DNA of 64,000 bases. Source: the human T2T-CHM13v2.0 reference genome, Homo sapiens. Each line of letters starts with the position of its first letter. The first letter of the stretch is position 1. The DNA lies in assembly GCF_009914755.1 (NCBI RefSeq), contig NC_060926.1. One strand, given 5' to 3'. A program made the position numbers and the translations under genes. Shown in pieces: positions 12,847 through 27,130 of the stretch. The notes under the pieces were generated by a model that saw only the letters and a program-made list of their open reading frames with translations, had not been told where the DNA came from and did no database searches.

Positions 12847-13135
12847 TTTTTTTGAGAAGAAGTCTTGCACTGTTGCCCAGGCTGGAGTAGAGTGGCGCAA
12901 TCTCCGCTCACTGTAACCTCTGCCTTTTGGGTTCAAACGATTCTCCTGCCTCAGCCTCCTGAGTAGCTGGTATTACAGGCGCCTGCCACCACGCCTGGCT
13001 AATTTTTTGTATTTTTAGTAGAGACGGGGTTTCAATATGTTGACCAGGCTGGTCTTGAACTCCTGACGTCGTGATCCGCCCAGCCTCGATTTCTCAAATC
13101 GTTGGGATTACAGGCGTGAGCCACCACGCCCATCC
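12847..13135 (-). mobile_element. AluS (AluSg-like)
   Basis: Full Alu dimer with 14-bp TSD aacaagtcactctt (12833-12846 / 13136-13149). Confidence 0.95.
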
Positions 13136-14364
13136 AACAAGTCACTCTTGACCGTTCTCTTGCCCATCTCCTAAATCCTGTGATTGGAGAGAGTGATTCT
13201 CCTAAGACCCACTAAGCCTCCTAACGATGATCAATTATGTCACATTATAGTGCCAAAATATGAAACCTCAGTATTTAGAGCATCTTGTTGTATGAAGAGT
13301 GGCTGTATTGCTGCCTTTCGTATTTTTTCTCAGGTCCTGAAATCATTTAGAGGATCTGGAAAACTCAGTTTTTGAGAATGAGCTGTTTTCTATTTTGTCT
13401 AGATAGGACTGTGAGTCCTCTTGCCCTTTTGTTTACACATTGACCAGAAATGTGCACATTTGTGTTTGCACACATAACATACACATGTCATCATATTATT
13501 CAGACTGACCCCAGCACAAATATTTCTGTATGGAGTTTAAGTATAACCTAGAGACAGGGGACCTATTTTTTTTCTGGCAATTGGGAATTGCTAAAAGGGT
13601 TAGTATTCCTGTGTCAGGGCCCAGCACGCAATGCTCTAAAGATGCAACATTAAGTGACATTAAAATCTTGCTTTGGTCTACTAGATCTGCAATGAAAGAA
13701 ACACTGTTTCTTGTCCAGACATTGGATGTCTGTAATCCTCCATGCCGTTTGTAACTAAGAAAACCAGGAAATAGATTGTGGACATTTGAGTTTTATCTCT
13801 ACTGCTGGAAAATAAGTTATTGTTCATCGTCAGTTAATGGTTGGTAGGTAAGGACTAACACATATTTTGAAAATTGTCATTATTTAAAATGAAATAGTCA
13901 AATTTAATTTCAATCCATTAGAAATGTTTAATAAGTAGTTATAAATCTTAGAAGAGTAAAGGACTCTCAAGAGAGCATCTCATTCAGTGTCCCATAGTCC
14001 TGCAGGTAAAATATTATTCTTTATTTCTCCTGTGATAACACTACATTTCGGGCACTGTGCTAGGCTCTAGTGAATAAAATACAAATTCTATCTGTTAGTC
14101 ACATTAGGATTAGGCTTCTATAGATGACAAATCTGATATGCCTCATAAAATGTAAAAGGTGTAGCCCACAGACATAGGGCCAATAAATAATGGCAAAACA
14201 GGTAGAATAGATGCTTCCTGCAGATAAATGGCCTGAAGTCTGGTGTATACAAAGAAAATATGACATATATTAACTGACATTAGTATAAGAATGTTTTTAA
14301 ACTGAGTTCCCAGATATTAAAACAAAAGTAATCCAGATGCCCATCTTCAGTATCATTCCTTTTA

Positions 14365-14620
14365 ATAGTAATAGTTAATATTTAAAATGTCCTCATTATG
14401 TCTCAGAGATGTTCTTACCTCTTTATATTTATTAAATAATTTATTTATCCTAGCAACCCAATGGAATGAGTTGTTAAACCCATCTTACAGAGGAAGAAAA
14501 CAAAACTGAAGGCACTAATTTTATATGTAACTTGCCCCAAAGTAACAAAGCTTATAATTGGCTGAAGAGGCTCTGATATCCTGGTTCTTGACCACTCTGT
14601 TATCCAGCCTCTCAGGAGAG
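14365..14620 (-). mobile_element. MIR SINE
   Basis: cccatcttacagaggaagaaa...actgaaggca...gtaacttgccccaaagtaaca. Confidence 0.75.
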
Positions 14621-15311
14621 AGTTCATTTATGTTACATGGGCAATAAGTTTTTTCAAATCATGAATAAATAATAAACCTAATTTTTTGCTACATCCTATT
14701 CTTTAAAATTCTTTGAAAAATCTATGTTTTCAACTATATTAATTAGAAGACCTCATTTCTTAACTATAACGAATGCACTGAGTCTCATTTCTTTTTGAAA
14801 ATGGGTACTTTTCTTTACATTTAAATTTCTCAGATCATGCTTACACATTTAGTCATTCATACATTTCTTGTCAAGTTTATAAATTTCTGAGTACCCTATG
14901 ATAAGGGACCTCAGAGGTTTAGAACCTATTCACTGGGAACCAATATGCTCCGCTGCTTTTTGATGCAGTCTAGATGCTTGCAGATAGTTCTCCAGTTCTT
15001 AAAGTTAGATTATCAGGAGACTAAATGCTTTTGAAAAACAGAGATGTGCCATTTGTTCTCCATCTCTTAACATCTGTATTTTAGTAATTGTTTTCTTGTA
15101 AGTGCTCTATTATTTTTCTGAAAAAAAACCTAAATAATTTTCACTTCATTTTTCTGTACTTTGCAATGATCTCACCAAGAAGTAGATGGGCTTTTTAGTC
15201 TATACTAACACAGAATTATTTCAGCTGGGTAAATTTATTTCATTTTTATCTCCAATATTCATATACCTTGTGAAAACCTGCCTACCCCCTGCAACTCCTG
15301 CAACAACAAAA

Positions 15312-15910
15312 ATGAAGGAAGGAAGGAAGGGAGGGAGGGAGGGAAGGAGGAAGGCAGGAAGGAGAAGGAAAGAAAGGAGAGAGAGAAAAAAAGAAAGAAA
15401 AAGAAAGGAAAGAAAGAAAGAACGAAAGAACAGAAAAGAAAGAATGAAAGAGAAGAAAGGAAGTAAGGAGAAAAAGAAAGAGAAAGAAGAAAGAAGAAAA
15501 AGAATGAAAGAGAGGAAGGAAGGAAGAAGAAAGAAGAAAGAAAAGAGAAATAAAGAGCAAGAGAGAAAGAAAGGAAGGAGAAAGAACAGAAAAAAAAGCA
15601 AGCAAACAAGAAAGAGAAACAAAAGAAAGGAAGGAAGGAGAAAGAAAGAGCAAGAGAGAAAGAAAGGAAGGAGAAAGAAAGGAAAAAAAAGCAAGCAAAC
15701 AAGAAAGAGAAACAAAAGAAAGGAAGGAAGGAGAAAGAAAGAGCAAGAGAGAAAGAAAGGAAGGAGAAAGAAAGGAAAAAAAAGCAAGCAAACAAGAAAG
15801 AAACAAAAGAAAGAGGAAGGAAGGAGAAAGAAAGAAAGAGCAAGAGAGAAAGGGAAGGAAGGAAGGAGAAAGAAAGAGAAAGAAAGAAAAAGCAAGCAAG
15901 CAAGCAAGCT
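15312..15910. repeat. GA-rich polypurine tract containing a 93-bp tandem repeat
   Basis: gagcaagagagaaag recurs at 15555, 15648, 15741 (93-bp period) and 15838. Confidence 0.95.
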
Positions 15911-16679
15911 AACTCTAATTCTTTTGGGCATATACAAGTATCACACCAAGAAGATTGTGCTTTTAGTCCTGGAAAATTAAAATTAATAATAACATACTAT
16001 GTATATGATTGCATATTAAAAACAGAACCATATTGTCAACTTCTCAAAGAAGAACATAGACTCTTTCAGAGTGGCAACCAAGTCCCGTGTGTGTTTATGA
16101 CCTATGTAACACATTGCTCAATACATAGTAGGTAATTGGTACTCTTTGGCTGATTTGTTTCGTATATTACTATAAACTACCTGTCATTTAGTGAAAAGGC
16201 TAATATTTGTTCTTAGCCTATCCACGTCATTTCAATGTTAGCAACATCATGTATCACGGTCTTCAATCTCTGATTGTACTTAAGGCTGATCATAAATAGA
16301 AAGGCTTTGGGCTCTGGGACTATGATTATCAGCTAGCGTATTCTATCTAAACAGTGAAACCATTGTGTGCATAGGAAGAAAGAGCATTTGCTAGGCTATC
16401 TCACTGCAAAATGCAAGACAAAAGTCTTAAGATTTTTATTTAAATAATTGGTTTTATATAACAAATTTAGGGAACACATGGATCACAAAACAAACCTTTT
16501 TATCTCAACATGAAGTAGTCAGTGATAAATTTCTTTGGAACACTGAGAATAAAATGAATGTAAGAGTGTTCTGTAGAAGAAGTTCAAATGTAGGGAAGGC
16601 CCTTGTGGTAGATACTGCTAGTTATTCCCCAATAAGTATGCTTCCCTTTTCTTTCAGTCAAAACTTTAGATTTCTTTCC

Positions 16680-18260
16680 ATTTCTGGTATGGCTGAACAA
16701 GCTCCTACTGCCTGACACTCTTGGAGATAACACTTATAAACTGTGGGGAAAAAAAATACAGAGAGACAATGACTCAAAGGTACTAGAGACTGAACAAAGC
16801 AGGGAGATTTGGGAGGGAAGTGACATGATAAAAAAAAGAAAGACTGATTGATTTTTCCATTTGCTATGACTTTTAAACTGAGGGCAAGCCACAGTTGGCA
16901 TTGAGCAAGGCACTTAAAACTGATGGAAAACCAGGCTCTCTGACGTTAAGGACTAAGGGAAAGAGTTTGAGGCAGATGTAGTAACCGGAAAGTAGTGCTT
17001 CATCACAGAAAAGAGAGAGACAGAAAAAAAAAAAGGAACTCCAACTTCTGTGCATACACTCTGCTTAAACCTCTGGCTTTACTCTGAACCATGCATGGAC
17101 AGAATAAATTCCAGCTAAAAATAAAAGCAGTGAACTGGGATTTGACCTGCAGCTCAAGAGAGAGAGAATTTTAGTTTGAGTCTGACCAACTTAATTGCCT
17201 CCTAAAATGAAAATATGTATATATCTGAAGAAATGTAACTGAGTACAATATCTTCATAAAAATATTAAAAAATTTACAATGTTTAGAATACATTTTAGAA
17301 TTACTTGACATATAAACAACCACGGAAATGTTACTAGTTGTCTCTTCTCTTAAGAAGTTACTCATTCTTTCTTTCTTTTTTTTTTTTTTTTTGAGATGGA
17401 GTTTCGCTGTTTTGCCCAGGCTATAGTGAAGTGGCACGATCTCGGCTCACTGCAACCTCCACACCCCCGGGTTCAAGCGATTCTGGTGCCTCAGCCTCCT
17501 TAGTAGCTGGGATTACAGTCACCCACCACTACGCCCGGCTAATTTTTGAATCTTTAGTAGAGACGGGGTTTTGCCGTGTTGGCCAGGCTGGTCTCAAACT
17601 CCTGACCTCATGTGATCCACTGCCTCATCCTCCCAAAGTGTTAGGATTACAGGTGTGAGCCACTATGCCCAGCCAAAAGTTACTCATTCTTGAGAGAAAA
17701 CACACTCAATGGAAATGGTTCTTTGATGGCTGGGATATCAGAATTAATGGATAATTGTAACTATGAACAATGATGTAGAGGACAATAGGCTTGTAATTAA
17801 TTAATAAAAAAAGGATTGCTCAGCAGATATATAAAAACTTATAAAAGTATCAAATGGAAATTCTAGAACTAAAGGAACTATAATATATAAAATTAAAATT
17901 TAACTGGATGGGCTTAACAGAAGAATGGAGACAACAGAGGGGAGTCGGTGAGCTTGTCTATAGGTCAACAGAAGCTGAAGAATGGAGAGGATAAAAGATG
18001 AAAAGAATAAGCATAGCCTCAGAGAAATGTAATGTAATAACAAAACATCAAACATACATGTAATTGGAGTCCCAAGAAAGAAGAGATGGGCTAAAAAAAA
18101 CTATTTGAAAAAATAATGGCTGCAAATCTTTGGTTTGTCAAAAGACATAAATTTACAGAATCAAGAAGCTTACAAAACCACAAGCAGGGTAAGAGATGAA
18201 GGAAAACATGGACAGATGCATCACAGTCCAACTACTGAAAACCAAAGATAAAGAGGAGGT
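16680..18260 (+). mobile_element. Old L1M 5'/ORF1 region, interrupted by an Alu
   Basis: Decayed ORF1-like text: aaatggaaattctagaact, ctggatgggcttaacagaagaatggag, taattggagtccc, tatttgaaaaaataatggctg. Confidence 0.75.
17370..17674 (-). mobile_element. AluS
   Basis: Full Alu with 15-bp TSD aagttactcattctt (17355-17369 / 17677-17691). Confidence 0.95.
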
Positions 18261-18583
18261 TACAGATTTTTTGCTGGCTGTATGATTGCCTGAAATGAAA
18301 ACTACATTTGCCAGTCTCTTTCATAACTAGGTGGGTCCACGTGACTAAGTGTTGATGAATTGCGTGTAAGGAAAAGTGAGGTATGCAATTCCTACAGTGT
18401 GTCTTTATAGAAAGATGTGCACTTTCTTCCCCTTTTGGTTTTTGTGCTACCTGGAGAGGAATATAGTGGCAAGTCATCTTCAATTGTGAAAAAGAGTAAC
18501 AACCTAGAAATAGCAAAGTAACCACTGAGAAGGAACCTGGAATTTCTAATGAACAGAGCACCATTCTGGTTTGCGATGACCTC

Positions 18584-18961
18584 TGTCTTAGTTTGTTCTG
18601 TGTTGTTATAACAGAATACCAGAGAATGAGTAATTTATAAGGAACAGAAATGTATTTTTGACAATTCTGAGATTGTAAAGTTCAAGGTGCCAGCCAGTTA
18701 GAGACCCATCTCTCTGCTTACAAAATGGCCGCTTAAATGCTGCATCTTCTGGAGTGGAGGAACACTGTGTCTTCATTTGGCAAAAGAGCAGAAAAGCAAG
18801 CTGGTACCAGCTCCCTCCATCAAACCCCTTTATGAGGGTACTTAATCCCATTCACCAGGGAAAAGCCCTCATGGACTAATAAGCTCTTAAGGGTCCCACT
18901 TCCTAGTATTTTTATATTGGCAACACCTAGATTTTGGAGGTCACACAGTCAAACTGTAGCA
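18584..18961 (-). mobile_element. MST-family MaLR solo LTR (MSTC-like)
   Basis: tgtcttagt...ctgtagca termini with a near-identical 5-bp TSD acctc/atctc. Confidence 0.8.
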
Positions 18962-19333
18962 ATCTCAGAGCAGCAACAGCACATCAGCCTCAGAATGATG
19001 TATGGCACACAAATGAACTTCTATCTTTTACCTTTGAGGAAAAACAACAGTTTTATCTACTGCTTTTGGTTTTTCTGATGATGAAACCAAACCTATATCT
19101 ATGTTAACACACGTGAAAACACCTTGTATCGGGCTCAGGTCACACTTACATAGGGCAAAAGCAAAAACATGAATAAGCCAGAAGTCTGGCAAAGATGTAA
19201 GTGGATTTTTAAACTTGTTTTACTTTATTAAGATAAGAAGTTATTAGTGCTGTTCTGTTTGGTATTTTTCGCAAGCTTAATGTAAGTATTTTTTTTTTGT
19301 TAAATGGCTCACAGGAATTTTCAATCAACTTCT

Positions 19334-20626
<1,293 letters not shown>

Positions 20627-21825
20627 TTCTAAAAACAAAGAGAAAAGAAAGTTAAGAAAGTTATAAACATAATTGAAGAGCTTCTTTAAATTTTTCTTAC
20701 TTCTCCCAACTTTGTTTTCTTATAAATTAAAGCCAATGCCCATTCACTGTCTCTCACCTGTTCTGATCTAACTTCTACCTGAGATCTTGGCTTGCCATGA
20801 GGTTTTGCTGAGCCTTTATTTCTTTTGACTAGACAAGCAAGGCTTTATTACATTGGCACATAGGAGATGTGGTTTATTTTTTTCATTTTGTGTTGGAATA
20901 GAACTTCGATCCCCCATAGGGTTGTAGATTTTTTATGTATCCTTTTGTATATTTGCCTGAACTGACCATATCCTCACAGGATTTTCAGCCTCTGCCATCA
21001 ACTCTCCCTTGGTGAGATAGTTACTCTTTAATGGTGTTACTCTATGAAGAGGAGTAGGGACCTCTTGCATAAATTTTCAGTACCAATTGTTGAGTATAAA
21101 AAAGATAGTATTTTTTTCTAAGCATCCACAATATCAGCAATGATCTCTTATATATATGACAAAGGATTTAGGAAACTAACTACTAATTTAAAGCAGGTCC
21201 CTAAGGTGAAAGCCTTCATTAGGCCACTTTAGGTGGCTGAAAATTGATAAATGTTTCCTGTTTTATAATTCTTACCGGTTCCCTTTTATTAAGGATAGCC
21301 AGCTAGCTCTCACATGGCTCTTCAATGGCTTTTTTGTCAACAGCTTTTGGTGCTCTAAGGATCAATACTTTAGAGCTAAACATGAGGCTGATTTTGTGTC
21401 AAGATGTTTCCACTAAATGGTACTGCCCAACCAATGCCTCTTGTGAACACATGTATGAGGAAGCAAGACTTTTCCCTGAGTCTGCTTAGCACTTCCTTCC
21501 AATTTAAATTAAACCCACAAGCAGGAAAATGGCAGCTTCCCAGCTTCCTTTATTTCCCATACCTGCATTAGGACCAATCTGAAAAAATTTGACACTTGGC
21601 AGGTTGCAGCATCTTCTACTTCACCGACTCCCCATGACTCAGTCAGCTTCTGTGGCCTCCTCAAGATCAGAGCTCTGTGCAACCTGAGGAGTCATTACAT
21701 CTGATCAAATGCAATTTGCTTTGCAATCCATGCTTATAGTTTTAGTCCACAAGTATTACTTTGAAAGGTTCAACCACTTTTTATTGATTTGAAATTTAAC
21801 ATAATGAATTTGGGACCAACAAAGG

Positions 21826-22693
21826 TGTTTTAAAAGTAAAAAATAAATATTAGAGCTCTGTCCCCAGTTTCTGGTGCACAAATCCTAAAATTCTTGGACT
21901 TTCCTGAGGACTAAAACTATATTTGAAGCTATCTTTTGTATGCTAATTATGTTACTCATGGGGGCAGGAGGGGGCATGGAAGGTAGATATTTTCAGGATG
22001 GGGAATAGTCTCCAAAAGGATAAGGTGTAATTAGAGGGTCTGAACTTTAAGCCCCAATCCCCGGCCTCTGGGGAGGGGAGAGGGGCTGGAGATAGAGTTA
22101 ATCATCCATGGCCAATGATTTAATCAAGCACATCAACATAATAAAACCTCCATAAAACCCCTGAATAAAGGGGTTCAAAAGGGTTGGTAGACACCTCCAG
22201 GTTCTGGGAGGGTGGGGGTGCCTTGAGAAGGGTCAGAAGCTCCATGCCACTCCCCCCATACTTTGCCCTATGCATCTCTTCCATTTGGCTGTTTCTGAGT
22301 TGTGTCTTTTATAATAAACAGGTAATAGTAGGTAAAGTGCTTTCCTGAGTTTTGTGAGTTGTTCTAGCAAATTATCAAAATGGGACTGGAGGGAGTGGAG
22401 AATCCTCAAATTTGTAGCTAAGTCAGGCAGAAGTGTGTGTTATCTGGTGACCTGATTCTAGAGACTAGTATCTGAAATGAGGGCAGTCTTGTAGGACTGA
22501 GCCCTTAAACCTGCGGAGTCTCATGCTCACTGCAGGTAGTTCGTGTCAGACTTGAATTAAATTGTAGGACACTCAGTTGTTGGAGAATCAGAGAACTGAA
22601 AAATTAGTGTGGAAAATACAATATGTATTTGATATGAGGAGGAAAAAAATCCTCTCATTTGACGTCAGACGTGCTGTGAGTAAAACCAGCTCA
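21826..22693 (+). mobile_element. MER21-family LTR (MER21C-like)
   Basis: ggggaggggagaggggctggagat, atggccaatgatttaatcaa, tttgccctatgcatctcttccatttggctgtt, ggactgagcccttaaacctg. Confidence 0.8.
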
Positions 22694-23904
22694 AAAGAGT
22701 AGGTCCTCATCAAAAGATGGCTTTGTCTCATCAGATTTTTGTTTTGCAGTTAGGGGCTCTGGAACTTCCTTAGACCATTTCTTAGAAGAAGCTTGAGAGT
22801 GACATGGTTAAATTGCACAAATGCATGATCTTGGAAGTGAAACAGACCCCATTTTTTAGAGAAAAATACTGATTATACTAAGCAGGAGTATTTGGAGGCT
22901 GACAAAATAAGCAGTCCATGTAGGGGGCACTTCAGTTGTTTTAAGAGTTGGATAGAACATAGTATAGAGGAATTTATCAGAAAGATTGGTATCCTGTAAT
23001 CTAGGATCATAGGCAGCAGGTTTGTATCAGGCAAGTGCTTTAGCAGTAAGTAAGAAGCAGGCCTTTGGATCACACAAAGCCTGTCTTGGGAGTAGTCAGA
23101 GGATGAACTCTCAAGCCAGCCAGAACAAGGCCAAGGCCTACAGAGACCATGTACAAGGTGAGTTCCCAAGATTTCTCTGTCACCGAAGAATCACCACCGT
23201 TGGGATTCCCAGGTGACTGGCTTTTAGGAACACAATGCCTAATTATCAGAACAAAGTGAGAGTCAGAATTAACACAAGAGAGGCTTGATGCTGAGTCCCA
23301 GAATGTTAGACTAATGCTCTTTGACATCCTCTTTCCTACGGTGAGGTTTCGACCAAGAGTTTAGCAGTACTGACCTTCAGGTTGAAGCCATTGTCCCACC
23401 TGCAAACAAGATATGATGGGATGTTTTGACAATTATCTTGATCAGAAAGTTGCTGAGGACCATTTTCATGTATGTAGAATAATTAGGAAGGGCAGATATG
23501 TATTTTCATTGAATTTGTGTAAAATTTTCAATGACTTTGTTCTGGATATGTTTCTTCAACTACTTGTTATCCTGATGGAAAATAATTAAATTTCTACTCT
23601 GTGCAGTGAAGTGTTCAAAGAGCTCGAAAAGATACAACTATATATAGTATTCTCCTTTAGTTAAAGACATAAAATACATATGGAATAACGACAATTAACC
23701 ACATATGGGAACTTAAAACTAAGTGTTTCATATAAGAAATACAGACAAGTCCTACTAGAATTCTAAAGAAGGCAGAACACTTTTGAGCTTTGATGAGCAT
23801 GGTCAGACAAGGTCTAAGAAGTTAATCTGTGTCTTAAAGGAGCGGTAGGAGCTAAATGTTAAAGAGGATCGGGGAAGTTTTTGATTAAAGACAGAGGATG
23901 GAAT

Positions 23905-24331
23905 TGTTATGGGTTGATTTTTGCCCCCCCCAACCCCAAATCCATATGTTGAAGTTCTAACCTCCAGTATTTCAGAATGTGAATAGTATTTGAAAATAGG
24001 GTTATTACAGAAGTGATTAGTTCAGATAAGGTTATACTGGTGTGGGCTGGGTCTCCAATCTGATGTGACTGGTGTCCTTATCAAAAGGAGAAATTTGCAC
24101 ACAGACACACAGGAAGGAGGCCAGGTGAATATTGGAGTTATGTTGCCAAAAGCCAAGGACCTTCCAGAAGCTAAGAGAGAAGCCAGGAACAGATTCTTGC
24201 CTAGCACTTTCAGAGGGAGTATGGCTTGGTCTTGAACTTCTAGACTCCAGAACTGTGAAACAATACATTTCTGCTGTTCAAGCAACTCAGTTTTTAGTAT
24301 TTTATTATAACAGCGTAAAAACACAAACACA
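23905..24331 (+). mobile_element. MLT1B-like MaLR solo LTR
   Basis: tgttatgggttga...tatgttgaagttctaac...gactggtgtccttat...ctccagaactgtga. Confidence 0.85.
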
Positions 24332-24404
24332 ATGACCAAAAACACAGAGGCAAGAATGCACAGGGCAGATCCTAGGGAATGCTAAATCAATATACACTGT
24401 CAAT

Positions 24405-24620
24405 ACCTAACGCTTTCTAAATGCCTATCATCAATTTCATGCACATTTTATAAATTTTATTCTTGTGATCATTCAATAAATTAAGCCCTGTTATTCCCAT
24501 TTTATGGATAAGAAATAGAGATTTGGATAAGTTAAAAAAATCTCCAATGGTCATACAGTTAGGAAAGTACAGAGAGGGTGGTAAGAGATACTGAAAGAGC
24601 TGAGGAGCTGATGAGGACAG
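24405..24620 (-). mobile_element. MIR SINE
   Basis: ttattcccattttatggataagaaatagag...ggtcatacagtt. Confidence 0.6.
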
Positions 24621-26214
24621 AGTGTCGGGCATCTCTGAATCTCTATCATTGATGCATTTTCTCTGTACCAAACAGAAAATGACAGACTAGCAAAAATACA
24701 CTGCTGAGGAAAGTAGAGCCACCATGGTTTATTTCTGAAAGAGACCACCAAATTGGTCCTCACTTAGCAAAATGCTCTCATTTAGCAATGGGAAATTCAT
24801 ATCCAAAAAGGATTAAAAAAAGTCGTGGAAGACCAAACAGCTAGTGTGGAGTTATCACTAGGGACTAAGCTGTGTGGCTGTCAGCCCAGAACCTCTTCAC
24901 TATATCACCTATGTGTGTAAATAACATTGATCAGGGAGGCATTCGGGTTTTATACACCTGCTCCCGCCTTTCCTTTTAAATGGAGATTAGCAGAACTCTC
25001 ACAGCAGGCACCCATCCCAATCCAAGGAGGAGATTTCTGATCAGTGGTGCCCTGCCCTGGGTTTTGCACCTGCCTTGTGTTTGGACAAAAAGAAAAATGG
25101 TACCTCTCCCCTGAATTGACACATCGCTATTTCACTAAGCATGCAAAGTGTTCCTGCTTGGGCTGCCTTGGTAAATATTTACCTTGAATTATCACAGGCT
25201 TGAAACATCAGCTGCCCAAAGGAGCCGAATAGTGACTTTGGACATTTGGATCTGGAACCTGTGAGGAATAGAAATATAGCATTGCATGTTGTCAGAGTCT
25301 CTGGTGTGCCAAGGGAAAATGTACTTTATGCAGCCACAAGCTTGACCTCCAAGAGCCTTAAAAAGCCTCACATACTCAAAGGTGCATTACTAGGCCTTAC
25401 ATTAATTCATCACGATAGCTAAAGTGCTGTGTGTAAACCACAGGAGATCTGAATCCCCTGGGCATCCAGGAGTCAGCATTAATTGCTTCAAGTTTAGCAT
25501 AGGGAGCTATAAGTGAACATAGGGGAATGACTATTTGCATATTGTTTGCAATAAAGCTTAGAAATGGTTCCAGATGTCCCAGCTTAAACCTTTTCCCCAA
25601 AAGTTTGTCCAGGTTGGGAATCAGCACAAGCCAATCTAATAGAAGTTTCTTCTAGTCTGTCTCCTCCTGTTCCGAATCAGAACTTGCCGGTTGCTACAGG
25701 AATACTCGAGACAAATTTTTATTCTGAGCAGGCTGGACATGATTTGTTAATTCACTTCTGAAATAACAATTGCAGTTGGGAGGGATCAGTTGAAAGCCTT
25801 AATTACATTGGAAAATATGCTTCACTGTAGCCTGCTCCTATCCAGGGTACAGAACACATAATTATCATAATTTTCAAATTTTATTATTATTATTTGAAAA
25901 AATTTGATGGAGAGCAGACTCCGTCAACTTAGCTACTTCAAAGCAGTGGCCGAGTCACATTTAAACCTTTGAATAGATGATTTCCCCAACTTGCTTGTTA
26001 AGGCCTCTTAAATGGGAAGACATCTATGGGCTGTTTACAGCCTCAGATGTGATTTGTCCAACAGAACTAGCTTCCCAGTTCCTTTTTCTTCCTTTGTGCC
26101 AAGAGGGAAATGCTCAGGTGTGCTGTTGCCAGAGTGATTAGGCTAGCTGGGAACTCTCCTTGGACAGGAGGTTGGAAAGCCTTTGGGATCATGCCCTCTC
26201 ATCCTTGTTAAATG

Positions 26215-26216
<2 letters not shown>

Positions 26217-26249
<33 letters not shown>

Positions 26250-26280
26250 ACGTGCACGCACACGCTTGCTGCATGCACAC
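26217..26280. repeat. (TG)n followed by alternating purine-pyrimidine sequence
   Basis: Seen directly. Z-DNA-prone. Confidence 0.95.
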
Positions 26281-26869
26281 CTGCCTAGAGGGAAGAAGTT
26301 TGTTTTCATTTTTTAAAGTCCCAGAATATTTTTAAAGATAAAGCAAAACATTTCTGAAATAATGTTGGTATCTGTGTTAACCAGCGAGGGTGCTGGCAGA
26401 AGCCTCATTTGTGGTTATTGGCTTTGTTATCAACTTACCATGTCTTTAGAGAGTCTCTGCCTCTGGGTTTCTAACTGTAACCCTGGGGTGAGGAGATCTC
26501 TCTCCACTTCTTTGGGTGGCTGTGATGTTTATCAGACTAATGAGTCCAATTCTGGTGTCAGTGAGTTCTAGCATGTCCCTGACCCAGTTCTCACCTGACC
26601 TATGAATTATCTACCTTCCATTTCCAAGCTTCCTCCTTCCAAGTTGCCATTGATCCTTAAATAGTAATAAAACCCAGGGGAGGAGTTAAACCATTTTGAA
26701 TAATTCAAACCCTTTGTTCAAATGGATCCATTTAGGAAAACAAATCAAATTTTTAAAAAACATCCAAAGTAATAAGAAAGACTGGTTGGCCTGAATTTAG
26801 CTTGAAGGTAAATCATCCTTCTGTAAACTCTCCTATCCCAGAAAGGTATCTAATGGTTGTCTGAATAGG

Positions 26870-27130
26870 AAGCAACTGAGTAGAAAGCACAGAGCATTCA
26901 AACCGGGAAACCTGGAATCTAGTCTTGGCTCAGTCACTAACCAGGGCAAAAACCTGGGGAAAGCCTCCTTATGGACTTGGGCTTCAGTTTCCTCCCTGGT
27001 AAAATTGTAGTCATAATATTGGGTCCTCTTACATAATTTCTCGAAGCATGCTCTAAATGTGGGCATTGTTTAAAATCATTAGAATTGACTCAGAGCTTTG
27101 AACACAGTAGGAACTAAATAAACATTTCTT
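26870..27130 (+). mobile_element. MIR SINE
   Basis: cctggaatctagtcttggctcagtcacta...gggcttcagtttcctccctggtaaaatt. Confidence 0.75.

Larger units (their letters stand above)
16604..19110 (+). mobile_element. Old MaLR LTR (MLT1J/I-like) in three pieces: about 16604-16680, 18262-18583 and 18965-19110
   Basis: tgtggtagatactgct start, then actacatttgccagtctctt...gtgactaag and agaaggaacctgg, ending in ...aacaca. Confidence 0.55.

Noticed and set aside
13320-13416. Possible exon (tttttctcag|GTC...GACT|gtgagt)
   Set aside because: Splice-like words are common by chance. No recognisable coding content or partner exons.
15186-15980. 264-aa K/R/E-rich ORF and the antisense F/L/S-rich ORFs
   Set aside because: Artefacts of a stop-free GA-rich tract, open in several frames on both strands.
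22916-22932. Second CTCF-like word (catgtagggggcac)
   Set aside because: The 5' half of the core mismatches the CCAC consensus.
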